This document shows, piece after piece, positions 12,655 to 24,957 of a DNA stretch of 64,000 bases (position 1 is its first letter; each line of letters starts with the position of its first letter). Position numbers and translations under genes: made by a program. The stretch comes from an uncultured delta proteobacterium (GTDB lineage: Bacteria; Myxococcota_A; Polyangia; Palsa-1104). The notes under the pieces are model-generated. The model was not told where the DNA came from. It made no database searches and saw nothing but the letters and a program-made list of their open reading frames with translations. The stretch lies in assembly GCA_963785725.1 (NCBI GenBank), contig CAWAWS010000005.1, positions 256,001-320,000 on the forward strand, read 5' to 3'.

Positions 12655-13017
12655 ATGCCACCGCCGCTGCAGCCGCCGCCCTACCCGCTCGACGACGCGC
12701 GCCTCTTGCCGGTGACGCGGCTCGAGGTCTTCACCGGCGGCGGTCCGGGCGGGCAACATCGCAACAAGACGCAGAACGCCGTGCGCCTCTTGCACGAGCC
12801 GAGCGGCGTCATCGTGACGGCGACGGAGCGGCGCAGCTTGGAGGCCAACCGGCAGGCGGCGTTCGAGCGGCTGCGCGAGCGCTTGCGGCAGCTCAACTAC
12901 GTGCCCAAGCGGCGCAAGGCGACCCGGCCGACGCACGGCTCGGTCAAGCGGCGTCTCGCGGCCAAGACCGAGTCGTCGCGCAAGAAGGCCGATCGCCGCC
13001 GCCCCATCGACGACTAG
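12655..13017 (+). CDS. ArfB/YaeJ-like peptidyl-tRNA hydrolase (GGQ domain ribosome rescue factor)
   Basis: GGGPGGQHRNKTQNAVRL, ERRSLEANRQAA, basic tail PKRRKATRPTHGSVKRRLAAKTESSRKKADRR. Confidence 0.85.
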   Translation: MPPPLQPPPYPLDDARLLPVTRLEVFTGGGPGGQHRNKTQNAVRLLHEPSGVIVTATERRSLEANRQAAFERLRERLRQLNYVPKRRKATRPTHGSVKRRLAAKTESSRKKADRRRPIDD

Positions 13018-13040
13018 CTCGGGCTGCCTAGAACGATCGT

Positions 13041-14763
13041 GTGTATCGATCGTCATTCCAGCGCGTCTCCCTCCTGATTCTGCTGTCGACGGGCTCGGCG
13101 CTCGCTGAGCCTGGGCCGGCGCTGTCGGCGCGGGTCGTGCTCGCCGCTCGTGCAGGTGTTTCCGTCGTCGGTGCCGCCGGGCGAGCCGGACGCGAAGCTG
13201 GAGGCGGCGCGCGGCGAGTTCGAGCCGTTCCAGATCGCCGTCCGCGCGGTCGGGCCGAACGCGCTCGGCGGCGTCAGCGCCGCGGCCGCGCCGCTCGTCG
13301 GGCCAAACGGCGCGACGCTGCCGGCGCCGCGGCTCTATCGCGTCGACTATCTCGACGTCGCGACGCCGTCGTCGGGCGAAGGCCGCGCCGGGCGCTGGCC
13401 GGACGCGCTCGTGCCCGACGTCGACGCGTTCGTGAACGAGAAGCGGCGCGCGTTTCCCTTCGACGTGCCGGCCGGGGAGTCGCGCGCCGTGTGGGTCGAA
13501 GTTTACGTGCCCGAGGCGGCGGCGCCGGGCGTCTATCGCGGGCAGGTGCGCCTGACGACGACGACGCAGGCGTCGCTCGTCGTGCCGGTGACGCTGACGG
13601 TGCACAGCTTCACGCTGCCGAAGTCGTCGTCGCTGCCGGTGACGTTTGGGTTCACGGCGGGCGCGGTCGGAAAGCAGCATCCGAAGCTGTCGGCGAAGGC
13701 GCAGGCGCAGCTCATCGAGCGCTATGAAGTGCTGGCGCTGCGGCATCGCTTGAGCCTGCACGGCGGTTCGTTCGAGCCGCCGCCGTGGCACGTGCGCGAC
13801 GGCAAGCCGGTCGTCGACTTCGGCGGCTACGACGCCGAAGTCGGGCCGTTCCTCGACGGCAAAGTCGATCCGGGCGGGCCGGCCGAAGGCGCGCGCTGGA
13901 CGGCGTTCGAGCTGCGCGTGCCGGCCAAGATCGTCGGGCCAGATCGCGCCGATTACGTCAAGCAGCTCGTCGACCACTTGCAGAAGCGCGGCTGGCTCGA
14001 TCGCGTGTTCGACTACACCTTCGACGAGCCGGCCGACACGCAGCTGGGCGAGGTCGTGCAGCGCGCGCAGGCGTTCCGCGCGCTGACGCCTATCGTGCCG
14101 CGCCTCGTGACGCACGTGTTCGACGCGCGGCTCAAAGGCAGCGTCGACATTTGGTGCCCGGTGCTCAACTACGTCGACGACAAGCCGGGCAACTCCGACT
14201 CGCCGCCGCGCAAGACCTACGATAAAGAGCGGCAAAGGCTGTGGTGGTACCAGTCGTGTATGAGCCACGGCTGCAACATCACCGGCGGCGACTACTTCAG
14301 CGGCTGGCCCAGCTACGTCGTCGACGCGCCGGCGATGAGCCATCGCATCATGGAGTGGCTGACGTTCCGTTATCGCGTCGGCGGCGAGCTCTACTACAAC
14401 ACCGTCGAGGGTTACGCCAAAGGGCTCGACCCGTGGAAGAATCAGCTGCTCTTCGGCGGCAACGGCGACGGCACGCTCTTTTATCCCGGCCGCACCGACG
14501 TCATCGGCGGCACGACCGACATTCCCGTCGCCAGCATTCGCCTGGCGCTCATCCGCGAAGGCTTGGAAGACTACGAATATCTGCGGCTTTACGCGCTGGC
14601 GGCGGGGCAAAAGCAGGCCGACGCCTTGGCGGCGTCGATCGCGGGCAAGACCTATCAGTGGGAGCACGACGCGGCGCGCCTCATGGCCGCGCGCCATCGC
14701 ATGGCGGAGGCGATCGATCGCGCGGTTGCGTCGGGCCAGCGGATCGGCGTAACTGCTCGGTAG
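13041..14763 (+). CDS. Secreted DUF4091/GH123-like glycoside hydrolase (indel near 13140)
   Basis: Signal-like MYRSSFQRVSLLILLSTGSALAE in one frame; AARGEFEPFQ, YTFDEP, NGDGTLFYPG, SIRLALIREGLEDYEYL in frame 13150..14763. Confidence 0.75.
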
Positions 14764-14764
14764 C

Positions 14765-15646
14765 GTGCGCTTCATCTTCGCAGTGTTGATGCTGAGTGGC
14801 TGTATGGCTTCCGGGCCGCGTCTGCGCTTCGTGTCGTCGACGGCGACGCAGGCTTCGTGGTCGCTCGTCGTCGACGATCGGGCGCGCGGCGGCCAGTTAT
14901 GGGTCGACGGCCGGCCGCGCGACGAGGATTGCGACCGCGTGCGCTCGCAGATCCGCTGTGAATTGCGCGGCGTTTGGCCGGGCGGTCACATCTTCGAGCT
15001 GCGCGTGGCCGGCGCCGTCATGAAGCGCACGGTGCTCATCGGCAAGCCGTGGCCGGAGCGCCTGGCGCTCGTGCGCGTGGCGACGCCGGAAGAGGTCGAA
15101 GCCGCGGCCAAAGCCGGCGCCGACGGCATCCTCATCACCGGCGGCGAGACGCGCAGCCTCGTCAACGCCGCGCACGGCGCCGGCACGCGCGCGTTCGTGT
15201 GGTCGGACGCCACCGCCGTCGAATGGGCCGGCGCCGACGGCATCGTGGCCGGCGTCATGCCGAAGGAGCTGCAGGCGCGCTTCACCGAGGCGCGCGGCTT
15301 GGGCACGCCGCCGCCGGAAGTCGCCGACGCCGCCGCGGCCGCGCTGGCGCTCTTGTCGGGCAACGCCATCGTGCCGGCGTCGGCGTTCGAGTTCTTGCGC
15401 GAGCGGCGCCATCATCGCTCGCTGCAGCAGGGGCAAGCGAAGCCGACCAACGACGACGCGCCGCCGAAGCATCGCGCGATGGCCGTCGACGATCGCGGCA
15501 AGGATGCGATGACGGTCTATGTGAACTTGGATACGGCGCCGTGGGAAGTGCACAGCTATTCGCCGCCGATCGCGCCCAACAACGTGCGCACCGAGCGGCA
15601 GAGCGTCGAAGTGCACGAGGGCTCGTCGGGCATTACGACCTATTAG
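14765..15646 (+). CDS. Hypothetical lipoprotein
   Basis: Lipobox VLMLSGC; starts 1 nt after the upstream stop; AGADG motif twice. Confidence 0.6.
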   Translation: MRFIFAVLMLSGCMASGPRLRFVSSTATQASWSLVVDDRARGGQLWVDGRPRDEDCDRVRSQIRCELRGVWPGGHIFELRVAGAVMKRTVLIGKPWPERLALVRVATPEEVEAAAKAGADGILITGGETRSLVNAAHGAGTRAFVWSDATAVEWAGADGIVAGVMPKELQARFTEARGLGTPPPEVADAAAAALALLSGNAIVPASAFEFLRERRHHRSLQQGQAKPTNDDAPPKHRAMAVDDRGKDAMTVYVNLDTAPWEVHSYSPPIAPNNVRTERQSVEVHEGSSGITTY

Positions 15647-15694
15647 TCGCGCTCGCCTTACCGCTGGCTTGCGGGTCGAATCCGCGATCGGTTG

Positions 15695-17130
<1,436 letters not shown>

Positions 17131-17134
<4 letters not shown>

Positions 17135-20100
17135 AGACGACCGAGCGGAATTCCCCAGTTGAAGTGAATGCGCCCGGGAAAATGCGTATACCACGGCGAC
17201 GTCTTCCAGCGCTCCTCGGCCAGCGTCTGCGTCAGCGGATAGGCGTACTCGACCGACAGCGGCCCGACCGGCGTGATGATGCGTAAGAGGCTGATGCCGA
17301 TCGAGTGGCGGAAGTCGCTCCAGCGCACCTGGTCGAGGCCGTTGACGATGGCGCCCATGTCCCAAAAGAGCGCACCATCCCAGGGCAGCTGCAGACCGAG
17401 GAACGTCTTGGCGATGGGGAACTGCAGATCGATCGTGTTCAGGAAGCGGATGTTGCCGCCTTCGGGGATGACGCTGAACGCCGGCTGACCGCCGAGCGGC
17501 GACGGGCTCGAGCGGATGATCTCGGTCTTGAGCGTGTCGGTGTCGAAGCCGCGCGTCGAGACGTCGCCGCCGGCGTAGAAGCGCTCGACGAGCGGCAGCG
17601 CCGGGCCGTTGATGGGGAAGCCGTGCGAGTAGCGCACGTTGCCCATGAGCGTGAACTCCGACTGGCGCACCTTGAACGGCAACATGCCGATGGCCTGCCC
17701 TTCGAGCGCGACGAACTCGGTCGGCGCCGTGCCGTTGGGGTGCGAATAGGCGGCGGTCCCGGACAAGAGCCAGCCTTTGACGGGCGCGAGCGGGTTGAGC
17801 GAGCCGTCGGCGCCGGTGCGGCGATCCCAGACGAGGCCGGTGACGATCTTGGTGATGAGCGTGTTGTCCGGGATCGACGTCGAGTCGTTGGAGCTGAGCA
17901 GGCGCAGAAAGCCGACGCTGATGTTGGCCAGATAGGCGTCGTAGCGCAGGAACGCGCGCAGCGACGGCGCCAAGTTGCGCGTCACGCCGAGCGAGCCGCC
18001 GTAGCTGGTGATGAGGCCGAAGCGGTTGGTGTCCTCGTGGCGATAGAAGCCGTTCAAGTCGAGCCGCCAGCCGGGGCCGAGGATGCGCACGTCGGTGTAA
18101 CGCGCCGACGCGCCCCACGTGATCGGGTTGTGCAGGATGGCCGCCAGCCAGGCGAAGTCGGCCTTGAGCTCGAGCTGCGAGCCGATGCCGACGAAGTTGG
18201 CCCACAAGTAGCTGCCTTGCACGTAGAGGTAGTCGGGCAGCCGGTCGGAGGCGGCGCCGATGGCGAAGGTCAAGCTGCCGCCGGCCTCGAGATAGCGCTC
18301 CTGCACCGTCACCAAGATCGGCACCGCCGACGGACCGATCGGATGCTCGTCGGGGAACTGCGGCTCGACGCGCGCCACGTTGAAGATGAGGTGCGTCTGC
18401 AGGTTGCGCTCGGCCGCTTCGATCTTCTTGTAGTCGAAGAGCTCGCCCACTTTGAACGGCAGATCGCGGCGAATCGCGAACACCGCGGTCTTGAAGTTGC
18501 CGCGCACGAGGATGTCGCCGAAGCGCACCTCGGGACCCTCGGTGATGACGTAGCGCAGGATGACGCGGTCGTGCGCGTCGTTCCACTCCGACGTCGTCGG
18601 ATCGATCTTCACGTACGGATGGCCCGACGTCTTGTAGATATCGCGGAGCCGATTGATGTCGTCGGTCTCGGCCTGCTCGGTGTATGCGTCGCCGAAGCCG
18701 AGCTTGAGCGCCTTGAAGATGTCGAACTCGGTCTTGACGTGCGGCCCGACGAAGGTGACCTCGGTGTGGCCGACCTCCTCTTTGCGCCCTTCGTCGATGT
18801 AGAAGCGGACGTAGACGTCGCCGCCGCCGCCGGCGCCCGAGACCTCGGCCGCGAACACGCCGAGCGCGTCGAACGCCGCCGGATCGCGCGCCACCTCGCT
18901 GCGCACTTTGACGAGCGGATAGCCGCGCGATTTGTAGAACGCCGCGATGCGATCGGCGTCCTGCGACAGCTGCAGCTGCGTGACGTAGCCGCCTTCGCCG
19001 AGCCCGATGGCGCCCAACGTCGGGAACGGCTTGGTCTCGAGCTCGGCCTTGCTCTTGATCTCCTGCGCGTCGATGTGCAGCGGCGCGCCCGACTCGGAGG
19101 TCAGCTCGACGCGCCGCACCTTGAGCTCGGGCCCCTCTTCGACCGTGAAGGTGATGTCCTCCACTTCGTCGCCTTTGGGCTGCCCGCTCTCGTCGACGGC
19201 CGGCCGGCGCAGCGCGCGCCGAAACGTCACGCGGGCCTCGAAGTAGCCGTGCTTTTGATACTCGCGCTGCACCGCCTTGGCGCTCTCGGTCAGCTCCACT
19301 TCGTCGTAGGCGCCGGCCGAGAAGATCGTCAGCTGCTCGCGCAGCTCGGCCGCCGTGATGGCGCGATTGCCGACGAAGTGCACCTCCACCTTGCGCTTGA
19401 GCGCGATGCGCACCGGCAGGTGGATGCGATGGGTCTTCTTGTCGGCGTCGCGCTCGAACACGAAGTCGCAGGTCACGCGCGCCGCCGGATAGCCCGCGTC
19501 GCGCAGGATCTTCTCGGCTTTGCGCGAGTCCTCACGCATCTGCGACACCTTGAAGCGCAGCCAATGGCCGAAGATCTCCATCAGCCGCGTCTCCGAGAGG
19601 TGCGTCGCGCCGTCGGCGTGATCGTAGCTGGCCACCACTTTCTCGAGCTTGTACGACGAGCCGAGATCGAGCGTGATGACGAGGTCGACCCACTCGCCGC
19701 GGACCTTGCGCTCGTAGTGATGGCGCACGTGCTCCCAGTCCATCGCCAGCCGCGGCTCGATGTTGACCGTGGCCTCGAAGTAGCCTTCGTTGAAGAGGTA
19801 CTTGCGGATGTTCTCGGCTTCGTCGTCGAGCAGACCGCGCAGCTTGGAGTCGGTGACGAGCGGCTGGCCGGTGCGCACGGTCAGGTGGCGGATGATCTCG
19901 TCGTCGAAGAGCGGCCAGTCGTGCTTGACGATCAGGTTGCGCACGATGCGCACCGGCTCGATGGCGAGATGCAGCCGCACGAGACCGGGCCCCGTCGGAT
20001 CGAGCCGCAAGTCGGTCTGGCGATAGCCGAGCCGGAACAGCAGCTCGTTGAGGCGATTCTGCTCCGCCTGGCCGAAGGGCGCGCCGACGCTCAGGCCCAA

Positions 20101-20289
20101 GAAGCCGAGCAGCGCCGACTTGGAGTCGCGGATGCGGCCTTCGAGCTCGATGCCCGACAGCCGCTCCGTCGTCTGCGCCGGCTCCGGCGCAGCCGCGGCC
20201 GTCGTCTTCGTCGTCTGCGTCGTCTCTTGGGCGCGCACGACGGCCGTGGACGCGAAGAGGACCACGACGATGGCGAGCGCCGGACGCAA
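17131..20289 (-). CDS. TamA/BamA-like Omp85 outer membrane protein with multiple POTRA domains
   Basis: Signal peptide, POTRA-like repeats (VHFVGNRAI, ILVRGNFKT), ERFYAGGDVSTRGF, TPVGPLSVEYAY, terminal beta strand IHFNWG. Confidence 0.85.
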
Positions 20290-20344
20290 GTCGACCGAGG
20301 ATAAATCAGGTATTGGGCGGACCGGAGATTTTATACGGCATGGC

Positions 20345-23300
20345 TCAGTAGCCGAGCGGGAAGCGCAGGCGCAGCTCGCCGCGACCGGACGTCAGCGAAT
20401 CCTGTAGGGTTTCGACGCCGCGCGTGAGGTATTCGACGCGGCCGATGCCCGACCACTCCATCGGGCGATCGGACAGCTTGAGCTCGATGGAGCCGCCGAA
20501 GCGGCTGGAGCCGGCGAAGCCGAGCTCGCCTTGGCCGCAGGTCTTGAAGTAGCGGCCGAAGCGCTTGCACAGCTTGAGATCGAAGGAGCTGCCGCCGAAC
20601 TCGACGTTGACGGTGTCGAAGCCGGTGACGCGCTTGAGCGGATCGGAGATGAACTGCCCGACGGTGGCGCCGGACAGCGTCTTGGCCATGGCGTCGGTCG
20701 GCGAGCCCTGCTGCTGCGCCAGGACGGTGGCGCTCGTGCCCTGCGCGGCGCGGCGAATTTCGTCGGGGCTTTGCCCGCCGAAGAGGATGAGCAGCACCGT
20801 GCTGGCGTTCCAGCCGTCGAGCGAGCCGAGCTCGAGCCGCGGCGACATGGCCGTGCCCGACAGGCGCATCGTCAGCGTGTGCTGCTGCTCGTAGCGGTCG
20901 ATATAGGGCGCCGTCGCCGACAGATCGATCGTCGGCGTGTCGGTGGGGAACTTCTTGGACTCCTCGAAGCGGACGCTGCCGCGATCGGTGTCGAAGTTGT
21001 AGCGCGCGCCGGGCGGCTTCAAGATGCCGCCTTCGTCGATGTTGATGGTGCCGTCGGCGTGCCACTCCGACAGCGTGCCCGAGATGGCCAAGTTGGCGCT
21101 CAAGGTCAGCTCGGCGATGTTGCTCTTGACGATGAGCGAGCCCGTCGACTGCGCGCGCAAATCGAGGCGCATCGTCTCCAGCAGCGGGCTCGACTCCCAG
21201 AACGGCGTCGACACCTCGGTGACTTTGGGCCGGAAGACCATGCCGAGGAGCTCGAAGTTCTGCGCGTAACGGCCTTCGACCAAGTTGATGTTGCCCTTGA
21301 GCGTGAGGCCGTTGCCGTCGCCGTAGAGCTCGATCGTGGGCGAGAAGCTGACCGACCACGTCGGCTGCGAATAGCGAATCTCGCGGCCGGTGGCCCAGAC
21401 GTCGAGGCGCTTCAAGCTCCACTCGTCGCCGATGGACACGCGCGCGTCGACGCTGTCGATCTTCGATTCGTCGTCGATCATGCCGGTCAAGGAGCGGCAG
21501 CCTTGCGGCTTGCCGCCGGTCTTGGGGCAGCCGATGGCGACGTCGAAGTTCTCGAAGATGACGGTGCCCCCGTTGATGCGCAGATCGCGGCCGAGCTTGC
21601 GCGCGCGGAAGACGACGTCGTGCACCTCGGCCGAGCCGCGCCATTGCGGGTGCGACCACACGCCGCCGATGCGCACGTCGACCTTCAAGCTGCCCGACGC
21701 ATCCGCGAGCTGATCGAGCCAGCGCCACTGAAACAGGGCCGGCGTGATCTCGCCCGTGATTTCGCCTTTGATCGCGCCCGGCGTCCAGTCGTTCAGCGTC
21801 ACTTCGCCCGAGGCTTTGGCCAGCTTGTCCTTGTCCGTCGAGACGACGACCTGGCTCAGCCGCACGTATTGCGGCGTGATGTCGATGCGACCGGAGGGAA
21901 TCTTCAGCTTCAAGTGACCGTCGAGGCCGCGCGGGATCAGCTCGGCCGCGCCGCGACCGCCGCCGATCTGCACGTAGCCGTTGATCTCGGGCTTCGACAG
22001 GTCGCCGGCGATGCGCAATTCGACGTTGGCGGGGCCGTGCGTGTGCTCGAACAGGCCGCGGAAGAAGTATTCGAGCAGCTCGAGGCCGATGGTGCCGCGC
22101 ATGTAGACGTCGTTCTTCTTGCCGCCGACCGTGCCTTCGACGAGGAACTCGCCGATCGCCGAATAGAGCCGCGTGCGCTTGATGGTCAGCGTCTTGCCGT
22201 CGGTGGACAGGCGCACCGGCTGATCCTTCGGGTTCTTGACGACGAGCGACTGCGGATGGCCGGTCTCGTCGGTCGAGTTGAGCGTCAGCGTGAGCTGCTC
22301 GAGCGTCAGCTGCGCGAACGTCAGGCCCGACTCGGAGTCGACGGTGATGGCGGCCTCGCCCGTCGCCCGGCCGTGCACCTCGGCCAGCTGGCGAATCTCG
22401 GGATAAAAGCGCTCCAGCTCGAGGTCTTGGAAGCGAATGTGCGCCACCAAGGCCAGCTTGGGCACGAGCGTGATGTAGCCGTCGACGAAGACGTTGCCGA
22501 AGAAGTGGCCGCTGATGTGGATGGCGTCGCCGCCGGGATCGAGCTTCAGGTCGCCGGCGCCGAGCAGCGCGTCGCGGACCTTGAAGGCGACGAGCGACAA
22601 GAGCCCGCCCGGCACCGGATGCTCGATGGTGCCGCCGACCTGCAAGTCGCCCGAGAGCGTGCCGGCGAGCGGAATCGGCACCGACGAGATGAACGGAATC
22701 GCCGTCAGCGGAAAGTCGCGCGGCTTCAGGCCCAGCGCCAGGTCGCCGTTCCAGCCGATGGTGCCTTTGCCGGCGAGCGAGCCGCCGCGCACGCGATGCA
22801 GCGACAGGTCGCGGATGGTGGCGCCGTCGTCGTCGAACTCGAGCGCCAGCTTGCCGCCTTGATAGGCGTCGCCTTGCATCGTCAGCTTCGGCAGGAGCAG
22901 GGTCGCCGAGCCGTGCGGATGGCCGAGCGCGCCGGCCAGGTCGATGTCGACGTGCGCGTCGCCTTGCAGGAGCGGCCAGCCGCTCAACGCCGTCAGCGAC
23001 AGGCCGTTGGCGACGAGCGCGGCACGAATCGTCGGCTGCGCGCGCGGATGGGCGAGGTCGTTGCCGAAGAGGCCGAGCTCGGCCGAGCCGGTGATGGTGG
23101 CGCCGAGGCCGCTGCCGGTGAGGTTGGAGACGATCATGGTGCCGCCGTTGAGCGACAGATCGGCCTCGAGCGTGGTCAACGTGCGCCGCTGATAGGTGAC
23201 GTTGTTGGCGATGGCGTGCAAGGTCAGCGTCGGACGCAGCGGCGGTCCGGTGACGCGGCCGACGGCGTGCACGGCGTCGACGTGCAGGCCGGCCGGCGCG

Positions 23301-24883
23301 CCCAGGCGCGTCCACAGCGGCGTGCCGGCGGCGGCGTCGATGCGCACGTTGGCGGCGAGGCGGCCGTCACGCGGGTCGACCGTGCCGTCGGCGGCGACGG
23401 TCACGCCTTCGCCTTCGGCGCTGACGCCCTTCAACGTCACCAGCGCCGGCGTGTACTCGCCCGCGCCGCTCAGCGTCAGCTTGCGCGGCAGCTTGCCGCC
23501 GACGTGGCTGCGCTCGAGCTCGCCGCCGAGCCGCGCGATGTAGACGCGCTCGCGATGATGCAGGAGGTTGCCCGCGAGCTTGACGTGCGCGTCGAGGCTG
23601 CCCGCCACTTCCGCCGCCAGCGACGGCGAGACATGCGGCAGCTGGGCCAAGTCCACGCCGCGCAGCCCGACCGTCGCCGACCAGCGGCCGGGCTCGCGCA
23701 TCTCGAGCTCGACGTCGGCCGACGCCTGCCCGCGCGCGACCCGGCCCGTCACCGGCTTCAGCGTCAACACGCCGTCGGTGAAGTGCAGCTTGGCCGTGCC
23801 GTGCGTCAGCGGGATGCCCTCGACGTTGGCGTCGACGTCGTGCACTTCACCGTCGATGACGGGCGCCGAAAAAGGCCCGGTGATCGTCACGTGCGCGCGC
23901 GGATCGCCCGACAGCCACGTCGACAGCGGCGTATCGAGCAGCGCCATCATGCCGCGCCCGTGCTCGACGTCGAGATCGAGCCGCACGCCGGGATGGTCCG
24001 TGTAGGCGTCGATGAGCGCGCCCGACGCATGCACGCCGGCGCTCAGCGACTTGGCCTGCGCGGCGAAATGGAGGGTCTGGCGCACGTCGCCGTGCACGCC
24101 GAACTCCGACGCCGTCAGCCCTTGCAGCGGGAAGTTGCGGTCGCCGATCTGCAGCGCCGCCGTCGGTGACGAGGCGTCGACGATGCGGAAGAAGAAGTAC
24201 GGGCCGTCGAGCGTCTGTAAGTCGCGCGCCGAGTTGTAGACGAGCCCGACTTTGGCGTGCAGATGGTCGGCTTTGGCCCACCACGACGGCTTGCCGTCCG
24301 GTGCCGGGCTCGACATGGCGAAGCCGACGTCGCCGAGCTCGGCGTCGTCGACGCTGATGATGACCGCCCCACCGCCGCCGTTGCCGTCGGGCTTGACCTT
24401 GCGCGCGCCCATCGCGGCGATGATGTTGGTCTCGCTCTTGTCGAGGTTCCACGTCGAGCGCGTGGGGACGATGACACCCCAGCCGCTCGGGATGACGGCG
24501 TGCGAGAAGTGCAGCGTCAGGTAAAAGCGCTTGCCGGCGAACAGCGCCGTCTTGGCCAGCGACGCCACCAGCTCCTGCAGGTGCACGTCGGCTTCGACGT
24601 GCGGCACGCGCACGACCGTGTCGCCGTCGGGATCGATGAGCGTGAAGTCGGAGCCGACGACGTGCGCCGGCGTGTTGACCAAGAGCGAAAAGAGGCCGCC
24701 CCAATAGGGATACTTGGCGTGACCGAGCTCGAATCGACCGCGATCGGCCGCTTCCACTTTGTCGGAGATGAAGCGACCGAGCACCGCGTCATTGAACTTG
24801 AAGTAGGCGACCGTCCACGCCGCCCATAGGATCAGCAGGATCCCGAGCGTCAGGCGAAACAGTACGCGGAAGAGACGGGCCAC
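20345..24883 (-). CDS. tamB: TamB/AsmA-like translocation and assembly module protein
   Basis: N-terminal TM anchor, about 1500 aa of amphipathic beta repeats, DUF490-like C-terminus (VKSNIAELTLSANLAISGT), adjacent to an Omp85 gene. Confidence 0.75.
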   Translation of the reverse strand: MARLFRVLFRLTLGILLILWAAWTVAYFKFNDAVLGRFISDKVEAADRGRFELGHAKYPYWGGLFSLLVNTPAHVVGSDFTLIDPDGDTVVRVPHVEADVHLQELVASLAKTALFAGKRFYLTLHFSHAVIPSGWGVIVPTRSTWNLDKSETNIIAAMGARKVKPDGNGGGGAVIISVDDAELGDVGFAMSSPAPDGKPSWWAKADHLHAKVGLVYNSARDLQTLDGPYFFFRIVDASSPTAALQIGDRNFPLQGLTASEFGVHGDVRQTLHFAAQAKSLSAGVHASGALIDAYTDHPGVRLDLDVEHGRGMMALLDTPLSTWLSGDPRAHVTITGPFSAPVIDGEVHDVDANVEGIPLTHGTAKLHFTDGVLTLKPVTGRVARGQASADVELEMREPGRWSATVGLRGVDLAQLPHVSPSLAAEVAGSLDAHVKLAGNLLHHRERVYIARLGGELERSHVGGKLPRKLTLSGAGEYTPALVTLKGVSAEGEGVTVAADGTVDPRDGRLAANVRIDAAAGTPLWTRLGAPAGLHVDAVHAVGRVTGPPLRPTLTLHAIANNVTYQRRTLTTLEADLSLNGGTMIVSNLTGSGLGATITGSAELGLFGNDLAHPRAQPTIRAALVANGLSLTALSGWPLLQGDAHVDIDLAGALGHPHGSATLLLPKLTMQGDAYQGGKLALEFDDDGATIRDLSLHRVRGGSLAGKGTIGWNGDLALGLKPRDFPLTAIPFISSVPIPLAGTLSGDLQVGGTIEHPVPGGLLSLVAFKVRDALLGAGDLKLDPGGDAIHISGHFFGNVFVDGYITLVPKLALVAHIRFQDLELERFYPEIRQLAEVHGRATGEAAITVDSESGLTFAQLTLEQLTLTLNSTDETGHPQSLVVKNPKDQPVRLSTDGKTLTIKRTRLYSAIGEFLVEGTVGGKKNDVYMRGTIGLELLEYFFRGLFEHTHGPANVELRIAGDLSKPEINGYVQIGGGRGAAELIPRGLDGHLKLKIPSGRIDITPQYVRLSQVVVSTDKDKLAKASGEVTLNDWTPGAIKGEITGEITPALFQWRWLDQLADASGSLKVDVRIGGVWSHPQWRGSAEVHDVVFRARKLGRDLRINGGTVIFENFDVAIGCPKTGGKPQGCRSLTGMIDDESKIDSVDARVSIGDEWSLKRLDVWATGREIRYSQPTWSVSFSPTIELYGDGNGLTLKGNINLVEGRYAQNFELLGMVFRPKVTEVSTPFWESSPLLETMRLDLRAQSTGSLIVKSNIAELTLSANLAISGTLSEWHADGTINIDEGGILKPPGARYNFDTDRGSVRFEESKKFPTDTPTIDLSATAPYIDRYEQQHTLTMRLSGTAMSPRLELGSLDGWNASTVLLILFGGQSPDEIRRAAQGTSATVLAQQQGSPTDAMAKTLSGATVGQFISDPLKRVTGFDTVNVEFGGSSFDLKLCKRFGRYFKTCGQGELGFAGSSRFGGSIELKLSDRPMEWSGIGRVEYLTRGVETLQDSLTSGRGELRLRFPLGY

Positions 24884-24957
24884 GATCGCTTCAACGATAG
24901 CATCGCGCCTCTATTCATCCATTTAGATCGTGATGTAAGTCGTGTAGGTGGCGCCCG

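Noticed and set aside
12655..13017. Second prfB or PrfH
   Set aside because: Only a GGQ domain plus basic tail, no SPF/PxT domain and no rtcB neighbour; fits an ArfB-like factor.
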